Source: a virus
Length of the DNA stretch: 64,000 nucleotides
Virus record (IMG/VR): IMGVR_UViG_3300043427_003273
Location: 1-64,000 of that record
Strand: one strand, 5' to 3'
Each line of letters opens with the position of its first letter. Position 1 is the first letter of the stretch. Below, one piece after another: positions 15,270 to 24,345 of this stretch. Position numbers and translations under genes: made by a program. The notes under the pieces were generated by a model that was not told the DNA's origin, did not search any database, and saw only the letters and a list, made by a program, of their open reading frames with translations.

Positions 15270-17612
15270 ATCACTTTCAACTTCTTCATTTTTTGCCTTC
15301 CAAGCAGTAGCATAAGCAATAGATTTTTCCTTTTGCGTCAATCCACCTTTTTTAGCATATCCCTTTTTGATATGCTTAACCATTCTTTCAAACTTTGCAC
15401 CTGGAGGTGCTTTTTCTTCAAGATCAACTTCCTCTTTATATCCCTTTGCCTTTTCTACTCCCTTTGCAGGAACGCAATTTGGAACTTCACGACCACCTTT
15501 TTTCTTCATTCCAACTTGAGTGTATCCTTTCCAGCAGGGGTCTTCTTCAGCAAGAAACATTTCCTCCACCATAAAGTTCGATTCAAATACTAAGAAAATA
15601 GCATTTTCATCGAGTTCAACTTCTTCAAGTAATGCTTCCATCCACTCTTCAAATTCTTCCCTCTTATATGCCCTTGGACTTGATGCTGCACTTCCTCCTT
15701 TTGCCCATGCCTTATCGGTTTCTGCATTTCCAGACCATGGATCTCTTTCCGTTGTGTTTGGCTTTTTAATTGGAGTAGATGGTTTCTTTCTTTGTGGAGT
15801 ATAGGGTGAATCTCCCGACTTCCCACTTGCCATTGCAGCACGATGGGCATCCATTCTTTGCTTAGCAAGTTGCTGCCTTTCGGAAGGTTTGGGAGTAAGG
15901 AGTCCTCTTAAAGCACTTCCAATTCCTTCATTAAGATCTTCTGGAAGATAAGTATCAATTAAATACTCTTCAGAATATTCATTTACATCATAACCTTCAG
16001 AAATTAATTCATTAATCCAAAGATCATAATCTTCTCTCATTTTCTTAATAAATGTTCCTGCAGCACGACCCGCTGCCTGAGCATTTGTCTTTCCAGCAAC
16101 TTTAGCACCAAGACCTGCTCCTGCTGCTCCTGCTGCCGCAACTGCAGTTTTAGCAACTCCTTTTTTTAACTTTTGTCCTGCCTCACTTTTACCAAACTCC
16201 TGTCCAGCACGATGAACTGCCTTTGCAGCACCCACAGCAGCACCAGCAGCAGTTCCAGCAGCTCTTGCAACTCTTCTTTCATGCTCCTTCCCAACTTCCC
16301 TTGCAGTTTGCCATGACTGCTTTAAATGTCCAATAATACCCTTCTTAACTTCTTTCTTAGTTCCTTCGGAGGACTTATTGGATGCTGGTGCTTGTGATGA
16401 TTTTGCGTTTTCAATACTTTTTTCAGTTTTTGCTTTTTTCAATCCAGAAGAAACCTTTGCTTTCTCAGATTGACTCTTAAGTGCTGCAGTCATTCCAGAT
16501 GGTTTTTCGGAAGATGCAGATGCTTCTGCTTCTCTTCTTTTTTCCTTTTCACCACGAAGACGCTTAATTGCTGCAGTTTTTGCACCACCTTTTAATGATC
16601 CAACATCCTTTCCAGATTTTGTAGTTGGTTCAATACGTCCACTTCTTCTTGCTTCATCAAGATCAAGAATATAATCAACAAACTCATCTACACCAATATC
16701 TTCGATAAGAATATTGATTCCATTTTCATTCAAACCTTCAGCATAAAAATATTCTGTTGCAAAGTCAGCAACTTCTTCAATATAATTTTCACCAAGATCT
16801 ACAGATTCTACAAGTTCTGCACCAAGAACGTGTGCAATTTCTTCTGTCTTAATTTCTGGATTTACAGTTACTTTATTATTAACAGTTTTTTCCTTAATTT
16901 GCTTTTCTTTTTCCTTTATAGCATTCATTTTATCAGTAACTTCACGAATTTCTTCTCTCCATGAAGAGAATGATTCTTTTTTAGTTCCCCTTTTTGACAT
17001 TGCCTTTTTAACTGCATTGTCCTTGACTCCAGCATACTCATGACCATCTGGTTCTACAGTGCCATCCTTATCCTTATCACCTACAGTATTCTTTCCAGTT
17101 GCTGGACCATACTTCTTCTCATACTTTTCACCAGCACCATCATAAGGACTTCCGTGCTTAGTAACTGTCGTCACTATTCCTTTTTGCTGTAAACCATGTC
17201 TTTTTTTACGATCCTTTTCACTGCTTGGATCAAATTTTTTAACGTATGGTTTTTCTCCTGTTTTTCTACTTCTTGGATCAACTCTCAAATAATGCTTACC
17301 TGCTTCTGCTTCTTCCTTCACAGGTCCACCAGAAGCACCAAGACCCAATTTTTCTCTGACTGCTGCCTTCTCATTGGCAGGCATAGAAGTATGGGACATA
17401 TATTGAGAATATGCCTGATCTACACCAATTTCTTCTCTTCTTGCACGATATCTAATATCATAAACAGCCTGCCTAATTCTTTTAGCAGATTGATCTCCCA
17501 ATGCTGGTGCTCCACCTTTTGCTTCACCACCACCATCTTCTTTTTTTCCTAATTGAGGTTCCATCTCAGTGAGATAGGACTCATAAAGATCTTTTGCGAT
17601 ATGGGATAACAT
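15255..17612 (-). CDS. large modular late protein, putative internal head polyprotein
   Basis: Alternating basic modules and acidic linkers; DPCWKGYTQVGMKKKGGREVPNCVP module; TATAAATA upstream. Confidence 0.8.
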   Translation of the reverse strand: MLSHIAKDLYESYLTEMEPQLGKKEDGGGEAKGGAPALGDQSAKRIRQAVYDIRYRARREEIGVDQAYSQYMSHTSMPANEKAAVREKLGLGASGGPVKEEAEAGKHYLRVDPRSRKTGEKPYVKKFDPSSEKDRKKRHGLQQKGIVTTVTKHGSPYDGAGEKYEKKYGPATGKNTVGDKDKDGTVEPDGHEYAGVKDNAVKKAMSKRGTKKESFSSWREEIREVTDKMNAIKEKEKQIKEKTVNNKVTVNPEIKTEEIAHVLGAELVESVDLGENYIEEVADFATEYFYAEGLNENGINILIEDIGVDEFVDYILDLDEARRSGRIEPTTKSGKDVGSLKGGAKTAAIKRLRGEKEKRREAEASASSEKPSGMTAALKSQSEKAKVSSGLKKAKTEKSIENAKSSQAPASNKSSEGTKKEVKKGIIGHLKQSWQTAREVGKEHERRVARAAGTAAGAAVGAAKAVHRAGQEFGKSEAGQKLKKGVAKTAVAAAGAAGAGLGAKVAGKTNAQAAGRAAGTFIKKMREDYDLWINELISEGYDVNEYSEEYLIDTYLPEDLNEGIGSALRGLLTPKPSERQQLAKQRMDAHRAAMASGKSGDSPYTPQRKKPSTPIKKPNTTERDPWSGNAETDKAWAKGGSAASSPRAYKREEFEEWMEALLEEVELDENAIFLVFESNFMVEEMFLAEEDPCWKGYTQVGMKKKGGREVPNCVPAKGVEKAKGYKEEVDLEEKAPPGAKFERMVKHIKKGYAKKGGLTQKEKSIAYATAWKAKNEEVESDKKKL

Positions 17613-17640
17613 GTTATTTTTTAATTATTTTCCTTGTATT

Positions 17641-17648
17641 TATTTATA
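17641..17648 (-). promoter_or_regulatory. T4-type late promoter
   Basis: TATAAATA about 30 nt upstream of the start at 17612. Confidence 0.8.
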
Positions 17649-17659
17649 ATTTTTTGCGA

Positions 17660-18997
17660 TTAATAAATTTCTCTCCATCTTATGGATACTCCAACGTTGG
17701 CAACGTCCGTTCCAAGATTTGTTACACGAACTGAAAAAATTTCAGAATCGGTAGAATCGTAATTTTGAGATAAGAAATTTTTCTTTGAAGAAGGTCCACT
17801 TGATACATCTACAGATGTTGCCGTTGGTTTTTGAGAATTTTGACTTTCTCCTGCAGCATATCCACCCATAAAATCTTCAAAATACGTCAAACTGATTCCA
17901 GTTGCACTTTCATTAAATTCAACAACAGATTCCGTATTCTCAGAAACCCAAGTGCCAGTTGAATTGATGCCAACGGAACTTCTCAATTTTACAACTTCAT
18001 ATTTTACATTAGACCCACTACTGAATACAGAAACATCTTCAAGTTTTACAGTTGCTCTATTTGGGTATCCTTTGAATGAATTTTTAAGTCGAATCGCAAT
18101 AATGGGAATTGCAGATCCAATTCCAACGTTTCGTAAGTTTGTTGTATGGGAAAATTCTCTACCTGCCTCTGTATATCCACCTTCACTCATTACAGTGGAA
18201 CAAATTTGAATGAAAGATCCACCAATACCTATTTGTGTTCCTACATTTCTGACCTCACATCTTACTGGGAGGTTAGGATTAGACATATAAACTGTTGGGA
18301 GGTGATTTGCATTATAAAATTCATGAGCAAGAATATTATAACCATCAATAGCAAATCCACAACGAACTCTACCTACACCCAACCACTCAAAGTCGGTCAT
18401 GAATAATTGAGTTTTGGTGATGTCTAAATTAAATCTTGATGGACCATTTCCGTCTAATGTATCCTTATTCCATTGAGATTGCGGAACTCTTCTCTCTGAT
18501 GCAATACCAGACACATTAGATCTAATTACAAAACTCAAAGTTCCATCTGGTGCTTGCTCAAAGAAAATTCCATCTCTATCATCAAAATATCCAGTTCTCT
18601 TATAAACGTTTTGCTGTACTGCACCAAAGTTAATAGTGGAATAAATTACCTGTGATTTTCCAGGCATGTAGTGATGATATCTCTTTGTCTGGTGAATGCA
18701 GTAACCATTAGTACTAATACCAGAATTTAAAATTGCTGCAGCTTGGTTGACATCAAAAATAACAGTTGCTCCAGTACCAACCTTAACATCTATAAAATCT
18801 GGGTCAATAGCATAAAGGTGCTTATAATCCCCAAGAGTATAGGGTTGCGATGTTCTTAATCTACCAAAAGAATCCGCAGAAAATCCTTGACCAAGATCTT
18901 CATAGATTTCTCCATACTTATTAGCCCTCATATAAACTTCAAAGAGGGATCTTTCTTGATTCAAATAATCTTGTTGGTTTTTATTCCAAATTCCCAT
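17660..18997 (-). CDS. virion structural protein
   Basis: DSFGRLRTSQP, YMPGKSQ, DFEWLGVGRVRCGF; beta-rich. Confidence 0.75.
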   Translation of the reverse strand: MGIWNKNQQDYLNQERSLFEVYMRANKYGEIYEDLGQGFSADSFGRLRTSQPYTLGDYKHLYAIDPDFIDVKVGTGATVIFDVNQAAAILNSGISTNGYCIHQTKRYHHYMPGKSQVIYSTINFGAVQQNVYKRTGYFDDRDGIFFEQAPDGTLSFVIRSNVSGIASERRVPQSQWNKDTLDGNGPSRFNLDITKTQLFMTDFEWLGVGRVRCGFAIDGYNILAHEFYNANHLPTVYMSNPNLPVRCEVRNVGTQIGIGGSFIQICSTVMSEGGYTEAGREFSHTTNLRNVGIGSAIPIIAIRLKNSFKGYPNRATVKLEDVSVFSSGSNVKYEVVKLRSSVGINSTGTWVSENTESVVEFNESATGISLTYFEDFMGGYAAGESQNSQKPTATSVDVSSGPSSKKNFLSQNYDSTDSEIFSVRVTNLGTDVANVGVSIRWREIY

Positions 18998-19000
18998 AAC

Positions 19001-19318
19001 TTATAACCACTCCAATTTCCCTGGATGATATCTCTTGGTACTTGAAATGTTTACGTCTGTTTTTTGAGTTGCTGGATAAATCTGATGGACAATTGCTCCA
19101 GGATATTCGGTCTGTAATCTTTCTGCCAAATCCAATTTAGATGGCATTCCATTTGACACCAATTCCAATCTATAGATGCTACCTTCCCAAACAAAGTCAG
19201 CAACATACTCTTCACCGACAGATCTTGTTTCAGGTTCAGAACTGTTGATATAGAGATTTCCATTAAAATCTCCAGCAATATTTACAGCTTCAGAAATAAA
19301 TTGCTGATAGGATTTCAT
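19001..19318 (-). CDS. putative internal head protein with capsid-targeting-like N-terminus
   Basis: MKSYQQFISE compared with T4 IPII/IPIII MKTYQEFIAE. Confidence 0.7.
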   Translation of the reverse strand: MKSYQQFISEAVNIAGDFNGNLYINSSEPETRSVGEEYVADFVWEGSIYRLELVSNGMPSKLDLAERLQTEYPGAIVHQIYPATQKTDVNISSTKRYHPGKLEWL

Positions 19319-19905
19319 TTGTTATCTGCCTTCTTTGCTTTGTACTTATTTATGAAATTTCTAATATTCTTTACTCCCATCAACCCCATAACATATTCTC
19401 TATGAGAATCAGTTCCAACCAATCTTTGATCAGCAGGAACACCAGAAACGTTAGTCCACTCGATGACATCATGAATCCATGGTTTGAACATTCGATCATC
19501 TTCAGTGACACAAATTAAATAATTTGTACCTCTACGAATAATTTTTCCAATCATCCCGTTTGATGTGCTTTCAATCCAGTCGCCTTCCAAAAATATTTCT
19601 TTTGCAATATATCTTTCTCTTATTTCTTTAATGTACTCTTCAGTTTTAAGTGGATTGTTTGGCTTATGATCAGAAGCAACATCATTAGGATTACGAATTC
19701 CTCTTACTTGCTTCGGATCCTTCTTCCCTACTTGCTGACCTTGATTATAAAACTTTAAATTTCCACCGTTTGTTTTTGCTACAAATTCTCCAGATTTTTT
19801 TCCATACCACCCACCATGTCCATCACCTACCAAATCCAATCTCTTTGCATGGAATTTTGCAAGTGAAAATTTTGCTTCTGTTTGAAAGTTGGAGAATTTT
19901 TTCAT
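19315..19905 (-). CDS. relative of the cyanophage cytidyltransferase gene lacking the catalytic domain
   Basis: LVGDGHGGWY...GEFVAKT N-module and GKIIRRGTNYLICVTED C-module; no HxGH motif. Confidence 0.65.
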   Translation of the reverse strand: MKKFSNFQTEAKFSLAKFHAKRLDLVGDGHGGWYGKKSGEFVAKTNGGNLKFYNQGQQVGKKDPKQVRGIRNPNDVASDHKPNNPLKTEEYIKEIRERYIAKEIFLEGDWIESTSNGMIGKIIRRGTNYLICVTEDDRMFKPWIHDVIEWTNVSGVPADQRLVGTDSHREYVMGLMGVKNIRNFINKYKAKKADNK

Positions 19906-20412
19906 TTATATTTTTAACAATAACTTAGTGTTTATTGACAAAACAATATCTAATTCATCTCTATCTATTTTATAGAAATTACTTAGGACTCTACCATCCT
20001 TTCCATTGTATTGTCGTATCATTCCAAGATGATGATTATAACCAAAAAATCTTCCTTTTTCTAATCTTGTGATTGTAGAAACAGGATGCATATCATAAAT
20101 TAAATTTGGTGTCTTTGCAACATATATGAAAGTAAATGTATCTCCAGGTTTTGGATACCCATACTTCCTATCATCCAAAATATCAATCAATTTATACATG
20201 TTATTTTGTGGTGTCTCCAAAAAAGAATTTTTTTGAAGTTCTATCAACCTTTCCATAATATTGGAAGGTTGAGGATTATTCTCTTCAGAATCTATTTCGC
20301 CAATAAATTCATTTATGCTTTTTTCAATATCCGTAGTTCTGGTATCACCTATATCATAAGAATCATCAGATTCATCAAAAATATCAAACCAAGGTTCTTG
20401 AAAGGTTGGCAT
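19906..20412 (-). CDS. hypothetical protein, C-domain resembling DNA end protector-like proteins
   Basis: PGDTFTFIY.AKTP...YD.HP...FFGYNHH. Confidence 0.6.
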   Translation of the reverse strand: MPTFQEPWFDIFDESDDSYDIGDTRTTDIEKSINEFIGEIDSEENNPQPSNIMERLIELQKNSFLETPQNNMYKLIDILDDRKYGYPKPGDTFTFIYVAKTPNLIYDMHPVSTITRLEKGRFFGYNHHLGMIRQYNGKDGRVLSNFYKIDRDELDIVLSINTKLLLKI

Positions 20413-20416
20413 AAAA

Positions 20417-20447
20417 CAAAAACCCTTTCTACTATTTAGAAAGGGTT
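20417..20447 (-). terminator. hairpin/terminator containing a CTAAATA late box
   Basis: AACCCTTTCTA-AATAG-TAGAAAGGGTT followed by Ts. Confidence 0.7.
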
Positions 20448-20464
20448 AAATGTGAATATATTAT

Positions 20465-20980
20465 TTATAGATCACCTTCTTTGCGATTTTCGGAATAATG
20501 AACATCAAACTCACCTCCAGGATAACGTGCTTTCAGTTTTTCCACATTCATTTCCATAAGTTCATCAAAGTTAGTATCAAGTGCCATACATGCTTGAGCA
20601 ACATACCAAAGAATATCCCCAAGTTCACGTTTCAAATGAAATACATTATCTTCACTATATGGCTTTCCTTGAAAAACCATTTTTTTAACAACCTCAGTAA
20701 ATTCACCCGCCTCAGCACTCATTCCAAGTGATGCAGTAAGTAATTTGGGGACATTTGCATCACTTACTTCAAGTTCAGTAAGTCGTTTGAGAAGGGTTGC
20801 AAAGTCAGTACTTTCTGCACTTGTTACTGCATCAACAAATTCAATATATCGTTTTTGATCTACTTTATCTTGACTCATTGTAAATTTAATAGATTGATCA
20901 GATTGTACTTCTTTTGTAATTGTAATATTAGATTCTGGAATAGGACCACCTTGTTGAATTGCTGCTGTGTTCATTGGCAT
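20465..20980 (-). CDS. mazG: MazG nucleotide pyrophosphohydrolase
   Basis: GMSAEAGEFTEVVKK, ELGDILWY, NVEKLKARYP. Confidence 0.93.
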   Translation of the reverse strand: MPMNTAAIQQGGPIPESNITITKEVQSDQSIKFTMSQDKVDQKRYIEFVDAVTSAESTDFATLLKRLTELEVSDANVPKLLTASLGMSAEAGEFTEVVKKMVFQGKPYSEDNVFHLKRELGDILWYVAQACMALDTNFDELMEMNVEKLKARYPGGEFDVHYSENRKEGDL

Positions 20981-20983
20981 AGT

Positions 20984-21313
20984 TTATTCTCCTTTAAATT
21001 CTTTTAGATCACTTTGTTGAAGTTTTTTAATTTTATCAATCATCCATTTCTCTTGATTTTCTTTATAGGGTGTTGTGTCAATTGGAATATGAACAACCCC
21101 AATTGTAGGAAGTTGTTTTGGAACTTCAATATCAACAACTTGCCCCATAAGAAAATTATTCCTAGTGATAGTTCTATTACTAGGATCAAAAGATACCATC
21201 ATAAGAGCATCTTCGTTTTCTGCACAATCGCAAATTTTTCTTCCAGTTTTAGTTTCAATGACTGAAAAATAATCTTCAGATTTATACATTTTATTCAAAA
21301 CTAAATCCTCCAA
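20984..21313 (-). CDS. hypothetical protein
   Basis: YFSVIETKTGRKICDC; start may be the internal MYKS. Confidence 0.7.
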   Translation of the reverse strand: MEDLVLNKMYKSEDYFSVIETKTGRKICDCAENEDALMMVSFDPSNRTITRNNFLMGQVVDIEVPKQLPTIGVVHIPIDTTPYKENQEKWMIDKIKKLQQSDLKEFKGE

Positions 21314-22676
21314 ATTTATTTTTCATTGCTGAGACTGTTTTTTCTTTGTATTCATATTCTTCATCATGTCCAGCATCATGAATTTCATTTTGAGCGGATT
21401 GCTCTACATCATAAAGCCTCATTTTAGATCTGTCAATGCCAAGCATAAATTTCTTATACCAACCTTTATCATTATCTCGATTTTTAAGTTGCTTAACTGT
21501 TATCTGCCCCAACTCTTCCAACTCATCACTACTAATAAGGGCAAACATAAGATCAGCAGTAGCAGGAAGACCAAAAGATTCAGAAGTGTCGGTAAGTTCA
21601 GGATCAGAACTACCATAACCAGAACGAGTAGTTTGCGTGGCAGACACAACAGGTACGCAGAACTCGCAGGCAAGTCCTCGTATTTCTTCAGCAATTGCTT
21701 TAACTAATGTATAAGTATTCACGTTACTTCCTGCTTTATACCGAGAAGAAGCACAAATATTAAGATAATCAATAAAAATAATATCTGGGTGAAATGATTT
21801 TTTAAGTTCCAAATCATTGAGAAGTGATCTAAAATGTCCAGAATGTGCAGATGCAGTTGGATATTCTTTGATTATAAGAGTTCCCCGAGTTTTTTTAGCA
21901 AGACTATTAACCTTGTTTTCAAAAACAGATTTTGGAAGTTCCTTTAAGTCTTGAATTGGAACATTCAAAAGATTTGCGTCAATTCTTTCAGCAATTTTCT
22001 CTTCTGCCATTTCCATTGTAATGTAGAGAACGTTCCGTCCTTGGAGCAACACGGAGCTAGCAAAATGGCACATGAATAGAGATTTGCCGACACCTGTACC
22101 AGCAAGTGCGACAGTAAGAGTCTTTGGAGATAGACCACCTTTTGTAATTTTGTCAAAATATTCAAGATCGAATGGGATTTTTTGTTCTTTTCTGTGATGA
22201 AATTCATATCGTTGCTCATAATCTTCTAAGTAATCATGTCCAATGTGGTTATCAAAACTAACTGCTAACGCATCTTGAACAATCGATGGAATTGAATCCC
22301 TATTTTTCCCCCCCTCAGATTCATAAAGAGATACAGTTTCCATGATTGCCAAGTACAAGGCACGATCTTTACACCATTTTTCAGAGGTGTCAACAAGCCA
22401 TTCAAATTCAACTGGAACATCCTCAAGTGTATTGATAAAATGAACAATTGAATTAAATTGATCTTGACTTAGATCTGTTCTTGATTCAATTTCCACAGTA
22501 GCAATTTCTTTACTGGGAAGACAATTATACTCATCAACAAAAGACTTAATTGTAGAAAAAAGAACTTTTTGAGTTTCATCTTGAAAATATTCTTCCTTTA
22601 TAAAAGGAATTACTTTTCTTAAAAATTCTTCATTAAAAAGCAAATTTCTTAAAATTAAGTATTCAATCTTTTCCAT
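21291..22676 (-). CDS. gp41: replicative helicase (T4 gp41)
   Basis: AGTGVGKS, IIKEYPT, FIDYLNIC, SESFGLPATAD. Confidence 0.96.
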   Translation of the reverse strand: MEKIEYLILRNLLFNEEFLRKVIPFIKEEYFQDETQKVLFSTIKSFVDEYNCLPSKEIATVEIESRTDLSQDQFNSIVHFINTLEDVPVEFEWLVDTSEKWCKDRALYLAIMETVSLYESEGGKNRDSIPSIVQDALAVSFDNHIGHDYLEDYEQRYEFHHRKEQKIPFDLEYFDKITKGGLSPKTLTVALAGTGVGKSLFMCHFASSVLLQGRNVLYITMEMAEEKIAERIDANLLNVPIQDLKELPKSVFENKVNSLAKKTRGTLIIKEYPTASAHSGHFRSLLNDLELKKSFHPDIIFIDYLNICASSRYKAGSNVNTYTLVKAIAEEIRGLACEFCVPVVSATQTTRSGYGSSDPELTDTSESFGLPATADLMFALISSDELEELGQITVKQLKNRDNDKGWYKKFMLGIDRSKMRLYDVEQSAQNEIHDAGHDEEYEYKEKTVSAMKNKFGGFSFE

Positions 22677-23221
22677 TAATAATAGTGCAAATAAGTTGAC
22701 ATGATGTATTTTTTACCAGTTTTAACTGGTGATCCTTTATGTGGATATTGCCATGTAGGTGGAAAAATAATTAATGATCCAGGTTTAGGACTAATAATTA
22801 AATCGTGTTCTGGAAAAATAGTTTCTCCTCCAGTAAAATCATCGTTTAAATAATAAAGAAAAGCCAATAATCGAACTGAAGATTCTTGGTCCGTGACATC
22901 AACATGAAGATCGAATCTATCCCTCAAGACTGAATCATAGCACTTTATCCGAAATTCTTCAAGGCATATTTCTTCTGGAAAATATTTTGAAAACTCTGGA
23001 AATTTACTTTCATAGTACTCCAAATGATTTACTATGGTATTTGAAATAGGAGCAACCAAATGATTTAAAGTTTCACTAACGTTTAATTGAGTAAAATTTG
23101 GTGCTCCATTATTTTCTATTCTTTGCTTACCATTAGTTTTTTCAAATAATTCTATTAATTTTTTACATGTTTTCGGTGAAATTGCATCATCTATAGTTAA
23201 AATAAAATCTTTAACTTCCAT
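22676..23221 (-). CDS. 2OG-Fe(II) oxygenase
   Basis: LHVD, YLNDDFTGGET, FPPTWQYPH, KYI. Confidence 0.9.
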   Translation of the reverse strand: MEVKDFILTIDDAISPKTCKKLIELFEKTNGKQRIENNGAPNFTQLNVSETLNHLVAPISNTIVNHLEYYESKFPEFSKYFPEEICLEEFRIKCYDSVLRDRFDLHVDVTDQESSVRLLAFLYYLNDDFTGGETIFPEHDLIISPKPGSLIIFPPTWQYPHKGSPVKTGKKYIMSTYLHYY

Positions 23222-24215
23222 AAGAAAACTCTTTTTGTGCAATCTCATCTAAAGCTTGCATTACTTCAGTAGTAAAATATTCTTCAGGATTTGCAAGAAT
23301 CTGCTTTGCATAAATTTTCTTGCCATTCATTTCATATCGGCCTGCTACATTTTTCCAGAGTCCACCAAGTTCACCAAGTTCCAAAAGACCGTAATAACGA
23401 TCAAGGCCGCGCTCATCATAATACAAACGGACTTCAACATCTTTATTCTCCTTACTTAAACGCGACTTAGCAGTCTTTGCCTTAATAATGTTTCCAATGA
23501 CTTCTGTTCCATCCTTCTCTTTTTTCTTGCTGAGATATATGATGGAAGAGGCAGCATACTTAAGACCACTACCACCACCCATCTCTTTAGTAGGAACGTA
23601 AGCACCAATGACATCGTAGGTATGATTCGTAACGATCATGGGAATGTTTGCCTGACCAAGTTTGAGGGTGAGCATACGGAAAGCACCCTTAATCAGTTGA
23701 GATTTGGTCATGTCCCGAACTTCTTTATCGTTCAGAGCATCATTAATCTCTTTGCTGGTTGAAAGCATACCCAGAGAGTCTAACACAAACATGCAAGGAC
23801 TGCGTTCCCCTTCAGGTTTCTTCATATACATATCAACTGCCTTGAGTGCCTTGCCACGGAACTCCTCAACAGTTACGACATTGACGACCACCAAACGAGT
23901 TGTGTCAACTCCACGGGAATCTAATAAAGATTTAGTAATAGCAGCTTCAGTATCAAAGTAGAGACAATAACCATTGGGGTTATTATCAAGGAAATTCTTA
24001 ACAACGGCGAGGCTGAAGAAAGTTTTTCCAGTAGAAGACTCTCCAGCAATAGCAGTAATCTTATTGCCAGAGACACCACCAAAAATGCTACCTGAAACCA
24101 GTGCGTTAAAAATATACGAACCCGTGTCAACATAATTTTCAGTTTCATCAATCTCAGAGGCAAGTTGCGTATACTCACCTCCAATTTCTTTTACAATATC
24201 TTTAAGAAAATCCAT
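23211..24215 (-). CDS. uvsX: RecA-like recombinase UvsX
   Basis: AGESSTGKT, LDSLGML, MGGGSGLKYAAS. Confidence 0.95.
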   Translation of the reverse strand: MDFLKDIVKEIGGEYTQLASEIDETENYVDTGSYIFNALVSGSIFGGVSGNKITAIAGESSTGKTFFSLAVVKNFLDNNPNGYCLYFDTEAAITKSLLDSRGVDTTRLVVVNVVTVEEFRGKALKAVDMYMKKPEGERSPCMFVLDSLGMLSTSKEINDALNDKEVRDMTKSQLIKGAFRMLTLKLGQANIPMIVTNHTYDVIGAYVPTKEMGGGSGLKYAASSIIYLSKKKEKDGTEVIGNIIKAKTAKSRLSKENKDVEVRLYYDERGLDRYYGLLELGELGGLWKNVAGRYEMNGKKIYAKQILANPEEYFTTEVMQALDEIAQKEFSYGS

Positions 24216-24216
24216 T

Positions 24217-24345
24217 TTATTTTTCCTTTTTATTCAAAACATTAAATTTATATGACCACAGTTTAGCATATAGTTGTGGATTACTACTTTTTATTCCACT
24301 CATGATCATTTCAAGTTCATTTTCCGTTATTGGCAATTTGATCAT
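24217..24345 (-). CDS. micro-ORF, 42 aa (not in ORF track)
   Basis: MIKLPITENELEMIMSGIKSSNPQLYAKLWSYKFNVLNKKEK; ATGA overlap with the gp43 stop; ends just before uvsX. Confidence 0.65.
   Translation of the reverse strand: MIKLPITENELEMIMSGIKSSNPQLYAKLWSYKFNVLNKKEK

Noticed and set aside
24215-24345. Possible N-terminal extension of uvsX fused to the upstream micro-ORF
   Set aside because: The micro-ORF is in a different frame and ends with TAA at 24217
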